From positions 3,519 through 67,518 of the forward strand of contig JBNKDE010000013.1 of the NCBI GenBank assembly GCA_050288105.1: a DNA stretch of 64,000 nt, read 5' to 3'. The position numbers and the translations under genes were made by a program. The notes below the pieces were generated by a model that was not told the DNA's origin, did not search any database, and worked only from the letters and a program-made list of their open reading frames with translations. This document shows positions 41,111 to 50,519 of this stretch, piece after piece; the stretch's first letter is position 1; every line of letters begins with the position of its first letter. The DNA comes from Gammaproteobacteria bacterium. GTDB taxonomy: Bacteria > Pseudomonadota > Gammaproteobacteria > GCA-001735895.

Positions 41111-41131
41111 TGAGGGGCATTTTGCCCCTCA
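41111..41131 (+). terminator. Intercistronic hairpin
   Basis: TGAGGGGCA-TTT-TGCCCCTCA with a weak U-tract; may stabilise or attenuate the mRNA. Confidence 0.5.
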
Positions 41132-41161
41132 ATTTAAATTGAGAATATAGAAGAGAATGCG

Positions 41162-41542
41162 ATGAAAACAATCAAATCAAATCAATCAGCTGAACAAACA
41201 GTAGCAACCTTACTAGCGGCCATCGAACAGCAGAATATGCGCGTGGTGGCACATATAAATGGACAGGCGAATGCCGCCAAAATGGGTAAAACCGTACCTG
41301 CTGATCAGATTCTGGAAGTGTTCAGACCCGATTTCGCAATCCGCGTGTGGGATGCCTGCAAAGCAGCAGGGCATGACATTCCGTTGCGTATCCATGTGTA
41401 CGAACAGGGCGATGATGTGATTGTTGCCTGTCGTATGCCGGGTGAAGTATTTGCGCCTTTTAAATCTGAAGGGCTGGATGCCATTGGTGCAGAGCTGGAT
41501 GAAATATTCGGCAATATTATTAACGCAGTGAGCGAGGATTAA
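41162..41542 (+). CDS. DUF302 domain protein
   Basis: VVAHIN..A.A...G, ILEVF.P..A, AG..IPLRI.VYE pattern. Confidence 0.78.
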   Translation: MKTIKSNQSAEQTVATLLAAIEQQNMRVVAHINGQANAAKMGKTVPADQILEVFRPDFAIRVWDACKAAGHDIPLRIHVYEQGDDVIVACRMPGEVFAPFKSEGLDAIGAELDEIFGNIINAVSED

Positions 41543-41545
41543 GTC

Positions 41546-42922
41546 ATGAATGAGTCAGATTATAAGCGTTATGTATGCGATGCCTGCGGGTATATCTACG
41601 ATGAAGCCGAAGGTGATTTGGATTCCGGCCTGATGCCAGGTACTCGGTTCGAGGATATCCCGAATGACTGGCAATGCCCATTATGCGGTCTGACCAAAAG
41701 TGACCTGCGACTGCTTCCTGATATGCCGCTAGCACCTGCGGTGAATAAAATCATCAAACCGGCGAACACTAAACTGAGTCGCGGCAGTGATGATGCTATT
41801 GTAATCATCGGCGCTGGCATTGCTGGCTGGTCAGTGGCTGAAGCGGTACGTAAGCAGGATCAGCAAACCCCAATATTACTGGTATCCGCCTGTGCCGGTA
41901 TTATCTATCCCAAGCCTGCATTATCGACGGCGCTGGCGAAGGGCAAAAGCGCGCAAGACCTGTCCGATATGGATGCGTCCAGTAAGGCGGCAGCATTGAA
42001 TATCGAGGTCAGAACAGAAACCCGTGTCATTAAAATCGATAGTGCAAAAAAGCGTATCACCACTTCCAAAGGTGGAATTCAGTACGGCAAATTAATCCTG
42101 GCGATGGGGGCTCATCAGCGAGAAATCCCTATCGCAGGCGATGCCTCGGATACGGTGGTGCGGGTGAATGACCTGCTGGCTTACCGCAAATTACGCGATC
42201 GTCTGGATGCCGGAGTGCGTCATGTCACCATTCTGGGTGCAGGACTGATCGGTTGCGAATTTGCCGAAGACCTGTCATCAGCGGGTTACCGGGTCAGCGT
42301 TATTGAACCGAGTGATCATGCCATGGCAAGCCTGCTGCCAAATGACGTATCACAGCGGCTGAAGGCGCAGCTACAGAACAAAGGTGTGGACTGGCACCTG
42401 AGTACCACACTGGATCAGGTGGAACATAATGCTGACCGTTTGCGTGCCATTTTGTCTGATGGCTCTGCGCTGGAAACCGATCTGGTCCTGTCCGCTGCGG
42501 GCCTGCAGGCGAATACCCAACTGGCAGAGAAAGCGGGTATCCGCGTAGGCAAGGGCATCATCACCGATCATTTGATGCGCACTTCGCATGAAGGTATCTA
42601 TGCTATTGGCGACTGCGCCGAGGTAGATGGACAAATCTACGCCTATATCGAACCGATCAGACGGCAGGCCGAAACTATCGCATCCCAGTTAAGCGGTAAT
42701 GTTGTTCCGTTTAAAACCCTGTCACCGCTGGTCAGGGTTAAAACCCCCAGCTTTCCGCTCAGCATTTGCCTGCCTACCGCAGTGGATGAAACCAACATTG
42801 AGCGACGAGATGTTAACGAGCAGCATATTGAGTATCTGGCAGGAGGCAAACTGGTCGGCTTTATACTGACTGGTACTGAGTCCTCCAGTGCGACACAAAT
42901 GTATTCTCAGATCTGTGCCTGA
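41546..42922 (+). CDS. Rubredoxin fused to FAD/NAD(P)H-dependent rubredoxin reductase
   Basis: N-terminal CDACG...WQCPLC rubredoxin; [31 protein letters not shown]. Confidence 0.92.
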   Translation: MNESDYKRYVCDACGYIYDEAEGDLDSGLMPGTRFEDIPNDWQCPLCGLTKSDLRLLPDMPLAPAVNKIIKPANTKLSRGSDDAIVIIGAGIAGWSVAEAVRKQDQQTPILLVSACAGIIYPKPALSTALAKGKSAQDLSDMDASSKAAALNIEVRTETRVIKIDSAKKRITTSKGGIQYGKLILAMGAHQREIPIAGDASDTVVRVNDLLAYRKLRDRLDAGVRHVTILGAGLIGCEFAEDLSSAGYRVSVIEPSDHAMASLLPNDVSQRLKAQLQNKGVDWHLSTTLDQVEHNADRLRAILSDGSALETDLVLSAAGLQANTQLAEKAGIRVGKGIITDHLMRTSHEGIYAIGDCAEVDGQIYAYIEPIRRQAETIASQLSGNVVPFKTLSPLVRVKTPSFPLSICLPTAVDETNIERRDVNEQHIEYLAGGKLVGFILTGTESSSATQMYSQICA

Positions 42923-42994
42923 AAACGTTGATTGACCTGCCTGTGGGCAAAGCCTAACCTTAGCAGCTATATACTAGCTGCAAAAAGGTCGGGC

Positions 42995-43231
42995 ATGAAA
43001 AAACTGAAAAATGAAAAAGAACTGATCAAAAAAGCGATTGAAGAAGGTGTTAAATATGGTGAAGCCAGAGGCGTAGTTGAATTCGAACCTACGGATTCAG
43101 CGAATGAAAAGATCGAGTACATTTATCGCCTGCTGGTACACGATAAGGTAATACAGCCCATTCCCGAGATTGAGGTATCGCAGGTCACCATGCGCCATAA
43201 GCTGGCGATCTGGGCGTCCAAGCTCAAGTAG
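42995..43231 (+). CDS. Small conserved protein (DUF5062-like)
   Basis: MKKLKNE..L...A...G..Y...RG...FE..DS...KIEYIYRLLVHDK resembles a family recalled from marine gammaproteobacteria. Confidence 0.65.
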   Translation: MKKLKNEKELIKKAIEEGVKYGEARGVVEFEPTDSANEKIEYIYRLLVHDKVIQPIPEIEVSQVTMRHKLAIWASKLK

Positions 43232-43285
43232 CTTTCGGACGTGTTGAAAACCCTAGCTGATTAGTGATGATACCGGACGCCCCCC

Positions 43286-43460
43286 CTCGTTCCCATGCTC
43301 GGAAACTGCTCGGCTCAGGCATCCTGCTTCGCTCTACCACCTAAATCCCTTTAGGCGTTTTTGCGTTACTCTCGACAATTGCATCCTGCATTGTTCTACC
43401 TTCGACCATCCATGATCTCGTACCACATACGTCCCTGTAGGAGTCCGAGAGGGAATGCAT
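43286..43460. repeat. Nested cluster of REP-like palindromes
   Basis: Outer CTCGTTCCCATGCTC...GGGAATGCAT; inside are three GTAG-type two-hairpin units (..GCTCTACC.., ..GTTCTACC..). Confidence 0.65.
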
Positions 43461-43482
43461 ATAGCATCTGACTAAGTTCTGA

Positions 43483-43752
43483 TTTCACACGCTGAAAACT
43501 TTTCTCGCTCTGTAGTTAAGTCGTGCCTGCGTGCGAGTAACTTTTCAGGCATGAAAAGTCACCAAAAATGCTTTCCCAACAGTCCCTTCTTCCGTCAAAA
43601 GCACAGCCAAATCGCGGTCGGGGCAGACGCGTTCCTGACGCGACTGCCCCTAAATTCGCTTCCCTGCGAATTTACCCCGATTTGACTGCACTTTTGCCGC
43701 GGGTCTGGATGGGGTTTAAAAAACAGAGATTTCAAGCACAGCTTGAAGTCTC
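43483..43752. repeat. Structured dispersed repeat, family B (type-b half)
   Basis: Collinear with 8183-8455, from TTTCACACGC to the AGATTTCAAGC..GCTTGAA hairpin, with compensatory stem changes. Confidence 0.78.
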
Positions 43753-43965
43753 AAGAAACTCAAGTTTCAAGATCTGATCCATGCGCCCGTTTTAACCATT
43801 TAATCGTCTGGAGAGTCTTAGACCTTTTATTTCAACGTGTATATGTTCCTGAGACTCTAATAATTCAATAATTTGCCTAAAAAGCGTGGTCCATATTAAG
43901 AAAAACCTGAATAGTTGAAATATGGTAGAATATCGCCATATTAGACCAACTTGGAGGTCTGAATC

Positions 43966-44430
43966 ATGTCGTTATCTGTATATTCTGCTGCACAAAGATT
44001 AGCGGAGAAATCCGGTTGGTCTCTGTCAAATTTAGAGATTCAGAAATTGCTGTACTTGGCGCATATGTTTCATATGGGCGAGCACGAAGAGCCTTTGGTA
44101 AATGAACATTTTGAGGCTTGGGATTACGGCCCAGTTCAACCCGATCTTTATCATAAGCTGAAAATTTACGGCTCTTCTCCAGTGAAACATATTTTCACCC
44201 GCACAAAACCATTCGATGAAGGATCTGAAACGGAAATTATCGACAAAACTGTAGACCAGCTTTCACATCGAGCGGCTGGATGGCTGGTCGCTGCTACGCA
44301 CTGGGACAAAGGCGCGTGGGCTAAATACTATGAGCCTGGCACGAAAGGAATAATTATTCCTAATTCTGAAATCCAACAGGAATATAGAGATAGAGTAGAT
44401 GCACTCAGAAGAAGACAAGCCACCATTTGA
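43966..44430 (+). CDS. Panacea domain (DUF4065/SocA-like) antitoxin
   Basis: L.IQKLLYLA, FEAWDYGPV...LY, L...TH....W motifs. Confidence 0.88.
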   Translation: MSLSVYSAAQRLAEKSGWSLSNLEIQKLLYLAHMFHMGEHEEPLVNEHFEAWDYGPVQPDLYHKLKIYGSSPVKHIFTRTKPFDEGSETEIIDKTVDQLSHRAAGWLVAATHWDKGAWAKYYEPGTKGIIIPNSEIQQEYRDRVDALRRRQATI

Positions 44431-44743
44431 TCAACTGGACGATCTTCTTTATGAAGAACCGAGCAAGACAGATCAGCAGATATCTGCCCTTGAAAAGCAA
44501 CTAGAGTACGAACGCGATGCCAGGATGGAAGATCGATTTGTATTTATCGTGATAATAGTCCTTTTATTGGATATCGTTTTCTTTTCTGTTATGCCTACTT
44601 TCGGTGGCCCGCTAGCGCTACTAATCCTGGAACTTATAATTTTGATACCGCTGGCCCGAAAGATGGGAATGGAAGAACTTGCCGCAATATTTCATGGAGT
44701 TGTATCCCGTATGGCTGGAAGAGCAAATGATGCTGATGATTAA
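44399..44743 (+). CDS. Small two-TM membrane protein, candidate PanT toxin
   Basis: Overlaps the Panacea gene by 32 bp; acidic/coiled N-terminus followed by two hydrophobic helices. Confidence 0.65.
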   Translation: MHSEEDKPPFDQLDDLLYEEPSKTDQQISALEKQLEYERDARMEDRFVFIVIIVLLLDIVFFSVMPTFGGPLALLILELIILIPLARKMGMEELAAIFHGVVSRMAGRANDADD

Positions 44744-44997
44744 ATTTCAAACTGAGTCACCACCGAAAAAGTTGATGTGTTCAGTAATTTACAAATACAT
44801 GATAATAATGGGCTCTGCAGAACCAAGGCGTCACTGCTGAAACATAAGGTCCATCTTTTGATGGAACAATCTCAATTTGACTTCGCTGGCCTGACCCTCC
44901 AGACTCAGGTGAATCTGAATCCACTTTTTCTCAAACACCACAAAGGAAACACAAACCTTAAACGTAATCTGTTACTACGATAAGGCTATTTATAGGC

Positions 44998-45273
44998 ATG
45001 AAATCCTCAGTTGATAAAATACTCAAGAAGCATCCTCAGCTTATCCACTCCGATAATATGAAGGTGACTTCTCATGTACAACGTGCGAGTGGCGAATGGA
45101 TTATTAATACGATCATGATTGAAGATTGCGCAGTCCCGTTTAAATACAAACGCAAAAAACGTTACAAAAATCTCACCGGAGCGAGGGTGAACTTAACCTA
45201 TTACCCACAACTTGAGTCAGTCGCCGGGATTGACTTTGAAACCATGAAGGTGGTCAGGGTCCGTATTTCCTGA
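44998..45273 (+). CDS. Hypothetical basic protein
   Basis: 91 aa ORF, SH.QR..G.W..NT, PFKYKRKK.Y..L.G.RVNLTYYP; no function assignable. Confidence 0.65.
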   Translation: MKSSVDKILKKHPQLIHSDNMKVTSHVQRASGEWIINTIMIEDCAVPFKYKRKKRYKNLTGARVNLTYYPQLESVAGIDFETMKVVRVRIS

Positions 45274-45538
45274 ACCGCCCGTATCAGGCGAAATACGGAA
45301 TGATCGGGTCACTAGAAATTCAAGCACTACAGGCGTGCAATTTTCTGATACGATTAGCGGCCAATTAACCTGTCTTACCATGCTTCCTTCCGTCTACCTG
45401 CTTTATGTTGATCAGAATTACCCTGTTACAAACCCTGTTTTCCAGTACCTGTAATCTACAGCCTATCCAATTCTCTGTTGGACCGACCTTGAATGGCGAA
45501 ATCTGTATTTGGTTTATTAGTAGAGGAATTTATCACCC

Positions 45539-46081
45539 ATGATTGAGGTTTTAATTCTTGCGGTTGCGCTCAGTATGGATGCCTTTGCGGTATCGATTGG
45601 GCTGGGGGCGAAACACCGGGCTAAATCCGTTTCACTGGGTCTGAGGGCGGGGTTGTACTTTGGTGTTTTTCAGGGCTTGATGCCCTTTATTGGCTATCTG
45701 GCTGGAAAAGGGGTGTTGGGCTGGATAGAGTCATATGCGCCCTGGGTGGCCTTTATACTGTTATTGTTTATTGGCGGTAAAATGATTTATGAATCCTTCG
45801 CGGAAGGCATAGAAGAAGATATCGTCGCAGTGACTCATCGGGTGTTTTTAATGCTCGCCATTGCCACCAGTATTGATGCGCTGGCGGCAGGGTTTACCCT
45901 GACCTTGCTTGATGTAAATCCTGTCACCTCGTGCCTGGTGATCGCGCTGACTACCTTTGCCTTTAGTTTTTGCGGAACACTGGTAGGCAAAAAGAGTGGA
46001 ACCTGGCTGGAAGCAAAAGCTGAGTTTCTGGGAGGGGTAGTTTTGATATTGATAGGTTTAAAAATACTGATTTTTAATTAG
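45539..46081 (+). CDS. mntP: Manganese efflux pump MntP family
   Basis: [10 protein letters not shown] and [11 protein letters not shown] repeats, AE.LGG.VLI.IG.KIL. Confidence 0.92.
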   Translation: MIEVLILAVALSMDAFAVSIGLGAKHRAKSVSLGLRAGLYFGVFQGLMPFIGYLAGKGVLGWIESYAPWVAFILLLFIGGKMIYESFAEGIEEDIVAVTHRVFLMLAIATSIDALAAGFTLTLLDVNPVTSCLVIALTTFAFSFCGTLVGKKSGTWLEAKAEFLGGVVLILIGLKILIFN

Positions 46082-46134
46082 TGTTAACAGGTACTTAAAA
46101 AATAGATATTAACTGATTACGGAAAATTAACCTG

Positions 46135-47295
46135 ATGCTAAAAGACTTATTGTCTCCACGATATATAATTGCTGGCTTTGTGGCGATACTGATTGGCTAT
46201 ACCAGTTCAGCAGCAATCGTTTTCCAGGCTGCAATTGCTGGTGGTACCAGCCTGGATCAGGTGAGTTCCTGGTTGTGGGCATTAGGAATTGGCATGGGTA
46301 TTAGTACTATCGGCCTGTCGCTGTATTATAAACATCCTGTGCTCATTGCCTGGTCTACACCAGGTGCTGCGTTACTGGTAACCAGCCTGCCGGGCGTGGA
46401 TTTGTCGAATGCCATTGGGGCCTTTATATTTAGCTCAGTGCTAATAACCATCTGTGGTGTCACCGGCTGGTTTAACAACATCATGAAACTGGTGCCACAA
46501 AGCCTGGCGACAGCAATGCTGGCAGGTGTTTTATTGCGATTCAGTCTGGCTATTTTTCCCGCATTTAATCAGGAGTTACTCCTGGTTGGGTTGATGATCG
46601 TGGTTTATATTCTGGGAAAATGGCTGAAGTCTTCCTACACTATTCCGATGACATTTGGCACGGGTATCATCGTCGCTTTTTTGCAGGGCAAGATACAGGC
46701 TATTGAATCTGCTTTAACCATGACCACGCCAATCGTGGTTATACCGAGCTGGGATGTCTCGATTCTAATCGGTGTAGGCCTGCCACTTTTTGTGGTAACC
46801 ATGGCTTCACAAAATGTACCTGGTATAGCCGTATTACGTGCACATAACTATCAAACTCCTGCATCCCCGCTTATCGGCTGGAGTGGATTCACAGGCATCA
46901 TTATGGCCCCATTTGGAGGCTTTGCTTTCAATATGGCAGCCATCACTGCAGCGCTATGCATGGGTGAGGATGTTGATAAAGATCCGGCCAAACGATACTT
47001 CGCTACCATCTGGACAGGTGTGTTTTATATCCTGGCTGGTATTTTTGGGGCCGCAGTTGCAAGTCTGTTTGCTGCCTTTCCGGTTCAACTCGTTACTGCG
47101 ATTGCTGGTTTGGCTCTGCTTGGGACTATTGCCAACAGTTTAGGAGCAGCGCTGCAGCAGACGGAGCAACGCGAAGCTGCCATTATTACATTTATCATTA
47201 CTGCTTCAGATGGATCTTTTCTTTCCATAGGGACACCGTTCTGGGGATTGATTGTTGGATTGATGGTTTATTATTTAATGAAACATTCAACCTAA
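46135..47295 (+). CDS. Benzoate/H+ symporter BenE family transporter
   Basis: AWSTPGAALL, PLF.VTMASQN.PG, N.AAITAA.C, AFP..L...IAGLAL. Confidence 0.92.
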   Translation: MLKDLLSPRYIIAGFVAILIGYTSSAAIVFQAAIAGGTSLDQVSSWLWALGIGMGISTIGLSLYYKHPVLIAWSTPGAALLVTSLPGVDLSNAIGAFIFSSVLITICGVTGWFNNIMKLVPQSLATAMLAGVLLRFSLAIFPAFNQELLLVGLMIVVYILGKWLKSSYTIPMTFGTGIIVAFLQGKIQAIESALTMTTPIVVIPSWDVSILIGVGLPLFVVTMASQNVPGIAVLRAHNYQTPASPLIGWSGFTGIIMAPFGGFAFNMAAITAALCMGEDVDKDPAKRYFATIWTGVFYILAGIFGAAVASLFAAFPVQLVTAIAGLALLGTIANSLGAALQQTEQREAAIITFIITASDGSFLSIGTPFWGLIVGLMVYYLMKHST

Positions 47296-47526
47296 AAACC
47301 GCAGTTGACCGCTATGCACATGAGCCAACTGCTTGAGTAGCATGACTATACTCATAATCACAAAGCTCACTTGTTGGGTGAAAGCGCTATGCAGCGGATT
47401 GCACATTTTTTCATGCACATAGCTGCGTTGTGAAACTGGCCAAGGGCTTGCCATTGGCGGCATTTCACGCCTTGCCCTGCACATGAAAAAAAGCACACTC
47501 CACTGCATTCAACTGCGGTTTTTAGG
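47291..47526. mobile_element. MITE, 236 bp, 18 bp perfect TIRs, 5 bp TSD TTCAA
   Basis: CCTAAAAACCGCAGTTGA (47291-47308) and TCAACTGCGGTTTTTAGG (47509-47526); TTCAA at 47286-47290 and 47527-47531. Confidence 0.9.
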
Positions 47527-47605
47527 TTCAAGTAATAAAGCACAGAAATCGAGCTGATAAATTATTCAGAGTTTCCCTGATAAGTTCCGAAATATAAAAT
47601 AGCTA

Positions 47606-48130
47606 CTAATTGGGCCAGGGTCGCTGTCCTTCTGCCTCTATCCAGGCCTGCACCCACTGTGGGATTTCACCGCCCCAGTTTGGATTGCCCATCGCGTTGA
47701 CAACCTGTTCAGCGGGTAATAGCCCGCCTTTTGAGGTGACGCCAGCTTTCATGAGTGAAGAGGTGCAGATCTCACCAGCGCGATGAATCTCCTGTAAAAA
47801 GTAAAACCAGCGCTGATCGTGACATAGCATACGCGTGCTCACGGTAAAGCGATGCAGAAAAGGAATCCGTCTGCGATAGCGTACACTGGCCCCGCCGACA
47901 ACCAACCCCCAGCGGTTTTTCCGCATCAGGGGAATAAACCCAACGCGTTGTGAATAATCCCAGCGACCCAGTTCAAAGTAGACGAGCTGGCGTCCGTTGT
48001 TGAGTTCACCAAATACATCGATATCCGATAGCCCGGCTCGACATTCGATGACCGACGTATCGTCAATATTAAGTGATGGTTGGCGACGTGCCTTCCATAA
48101 AGTAGTCAAAAGTTTGAAATACGGGTACAT
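47606..48130 (-). CDS. Hotdog-fold thioesterase family protein
   Basis: DID.FGELNNGR....FELGR, GASVRYRRR. Confidence 0.88.
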   Translation of the reverse strand: MYPYFKLLTTLWKARRQPSLNIDDTSVIECRAGLSDIDVFGELNNGRQLVYFELGRWDYSQRVGFIPLMRKNRWGLVVGGASVRYRRRIPFLHRFTVSTRMLCHDQRWFYFLQEIHRAGEICTSSLMKAGVTSKGGLLPAEQVVNAMGNPNWGGEIPQWVQAWIEAEGQRPWPN

Positions 48131-48227
48131 GGTTTATCTCTATACGATGTACATAACATGACAGTTATTTAAGTAGTTATAAAAATCAGCCCTTAGCTGG
48201 TTTCTATGTTGAAATTGCAGCTACCTT

Positions 48228-49016
48228 TTAGCTGTTACTCAATAGTCCCAGTCCCAATGTACGAAGCTCTTCGATTTTGTGGAAGTGAAACGTTTTATAT
48301 TTATGCGTATCGGGTTCCAGTAGCAGGATATTGTGCTTGCTATGTCGAAGACTGGTCTGGGTTTGATTAAAGATCAGCAGTCGCAACGACTTTTCGAACA
48401 TATCAAGTACCTTGGCGGTTTTAAAAAAACGCTCGGGTAGCTTGTTCTCGAAGGAGTGCTGTCCCAGAACATCGACTGCGATGATATTTTCGTGAGAGGC
48501 TTCGTTGATGCCCAGATTTTCACACAGAAACCCATCACCGTAGACATGCCCTTCAATTACCTGTTCCTTAAATATTCCGGGGATCGCCATCGTCGCCAGT
48601 ACAGCCTGTTTGATAGGAACATTGCTGGTTGCATCGAATACCTTCTTATGTCCGTCCAGCAAATTGGTTGAAATCAGTTTTAAAGGTATCAGAGTGTCGC
48701 TGATCAACCTGTCCTGGAAAATGTCATCAAAAATGCGGCTAAACTTTGTACTATCAATTACTGAATTACCACTCCATGAAAATTTGACCCAGTTGAATAC
48801 ACCAGCAAGGCTTTTGAGCTTTTCATAGATTTCCTGCTCTTTCATCCCGATTGCCATACAGGCACCAATGATACCCCCCATGCTGGTGCCAATGATTTCG
48901 TGTGGTAGGGCGGACTGTTGTTCAAGGTCATGTATAACACCCAGATGTGCAATGCCCAGCGCGCCGCCGCCGGAAAGTACCAGTGAGAATGGTTCGGTTT
49001 TAAATTGAAAGTTCAT
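48228..49016 (-). CDS. Patatin-like phospholipase family protein
   Basis: LSGGGALG, GTSMG nucleophile elbow, AIPG.F, DG. Confidence 0.9.
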   Translation of the reverse strand: MNFQFKTEPFSLVLSGGGALGIAHLGVIHDLEQQSALPHEIIGTSMGGIIGACMAIGMKEQEIYEKLKSLAGVFNWVKFSWSGNSVIDSTKFSRIFDDIFQDRLISDTLIPLKLISTNLLDGHKKVFDATSNVPIKQAVLATMAIPGIFKEQVIEGHVYGDGFLCENLGINEASHENIIAVDVLGQHSFENKLPERFFKTAKVLDMFEKSLRLLIFNQTQTSLRHSKHNILLLEPDTHKYKTFHFHKIEELRTLGLGLLSNS

Positions 49017-49461
49017 GTCCTTGTCTATTTGTCCACTGATTATTCTGTGACCAGAGGGGTCGGGGTATCAAAACATAAAAATATAAAAACCAGGCTATCT
49101 TAGCCTGAAGTCGAAAAAAATTCACCCGCATAAGGTATGAACATAGTGCATTTGAAGGCCTGGCCAGGTTTAGGCCGTATTCAGATTATGAGCATATGCA
49201 GGGAGTCTGATTGACGGCCCCTTGAGTTCATTGTAACGTCAGGTAGTGATAAGATGTCTGATGTTTGCAGGTAAATAAAAGCTTTCGCAGCATCACAGGA
49301 TGTTAAAGCGCGGCTATCGCCTGTTTCAATTCGTCACTTCTATGCCCTGCAGGAACATTTGAAGTGACTGGCATAAGTGGTAAAAATAGTTAACCAATCC
49401 CATTCTGATTGAGGCATACCAATAAAGGAAAAATAATGAGTCACAAGCGTAAGGCAAGTTT

Positions 49462-50079
49462 ATGGGGATAGTAGAAATTATTTCCCTATGTTTGATCATG
49501 CTCATCGGTGCATCGATTCCGAGCTCAAGCGTTGTGCTCGTGGTTGCGCGCTCGTTAACTCATGGTATACCCAATGGAATTTCTGCCTCTCTGGGTATCG
49601 TGTGTGGTGATGTGATATTTATTTTACTGGTGATTTACGGCTTATCTGAAATTGCAGAATCCATGGGCTGGTTATTTCTGCTAATTAAGTACCTTGGTGC
49701 GAGCTATCTAATCTGGTTGGGTGTTACGCTGCTATTCTCAAAGTCAACAGTAATAGCCGTCGAGAAAAATACCCAAAAAGGAGATTTAGCCACCAGTTTT
49801 GTTGCAGGTTTATTGTTAACGCTGGGTGATGTCAAAGCAATTTTCTTTTATATCAGCCTGTTTCCAGCGTTTATTGATCCAGCAAAACTCTCTGCCATAG
49901 ATGTCGCTGTGGTATTGATCATTGATATCTTCCTGGTTGGTGGGATTAAAATATTTTATGCATACTCAGCTAAAAAAGTTGCTTCACTTTCCAGTAAACA
50001 TCGTTTGCAAAAAGGCACAAAAAAACTGGCGGGTGGTTTAATGGTTGGTGCTGGTGGCTATTTAATGGTAAAGGCTTAA
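49462..50079 (+). CDS. LysE/RhtB family exporter
   Basis: Six TM segments, KYLGA.YL.WLG, F..GLL.TL...KAI.FY. Confidence 0.88.
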   Translation: MGIVEIISLCLIMLIGASIPSSSVVLVVARSLTHGIPNGISASLGIVCGDVIFILLVIYGLSEIAESMGWLFLLIKYLGASYLIWLGVTLLFSKSTVIAVEKNTQKGDLATSFVAGLLLTLGDVKAIFFYISLFPAFIDPAKLSAIDVAVVLIIDIFLVGGIKIFYAYSAKKVASLSSKHRLQKGTKKLAGGLMVGAGGYLMVKA

Positions 50080-50107
50080 CGAGTCAGCGCTTAAAACAAT
50101 TAAAGCG

Positions 50108-50442
50108 AAACGTGAATGCAACTTTTGGTTTTATCTCCCCTTCTGGAGTGCCGAAAATGGGGCCATTTAGTAAGGTCAGCGCACAGGGACGTGCGCTGAG
50201 GACAGTCGAGCACGGATGCGAGTCTGTCCGTGCCTTGCTAAATGGTTCGATTTTCGGGAAGCCGCAGGCCGCTCCAGTGGGGCGCCCTTTTCTTTCGTCT
50301 CTTTCTTTTGGGCGAGCAAAAGAAAGGGACTCGCACGCCAGCCAGGAAGATACTACAAAGCCAGGAAAGCTAAGGCGTGTGAAATTCTACACGATCAGAA
50401 ACAACAAACTTCAAAACGCTCCACAACAGGCTGAGTTTGGTG
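50108..50442. repeat. Structured dispersed repeat, family B (type-a half)
   Basis: Inverted near-copy of 2221-2555. Confidence 0.85.
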
Positions 50443-50474
50443 GGTGATCAGGGAACCAAATTAGATTAGATAGT

Positions 50475-50503
50475 AAACAGGGCAGAGAGACTCTGCCCCG
50501 TTT
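50475..50503 (-). terminator. Intrinsic terminator downstream of fbaB
   Basis: AAAC.GGGCAGAG-AGA-CTCTGCCC.GTTT stem, 16 bp past the stop. Confidence 0.65.
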
Positions 50504-50519
50504 AAGAGAGTAACCTGCT

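Noticed and set aside
44760-44985. Possible decayed CDGSH-type Fe-S gene on the minus strand (IEIVPSKDGPYV)
   Set aside because: A single short motif, with no intact Cys pattern or reading frame.
45300-45538. yybP-ykoY Mn riboswitch upstream of mntP
   Set aside because: It is expected from context, but I could not find the conserved segments on the sense strand; this needs an Rfam search.
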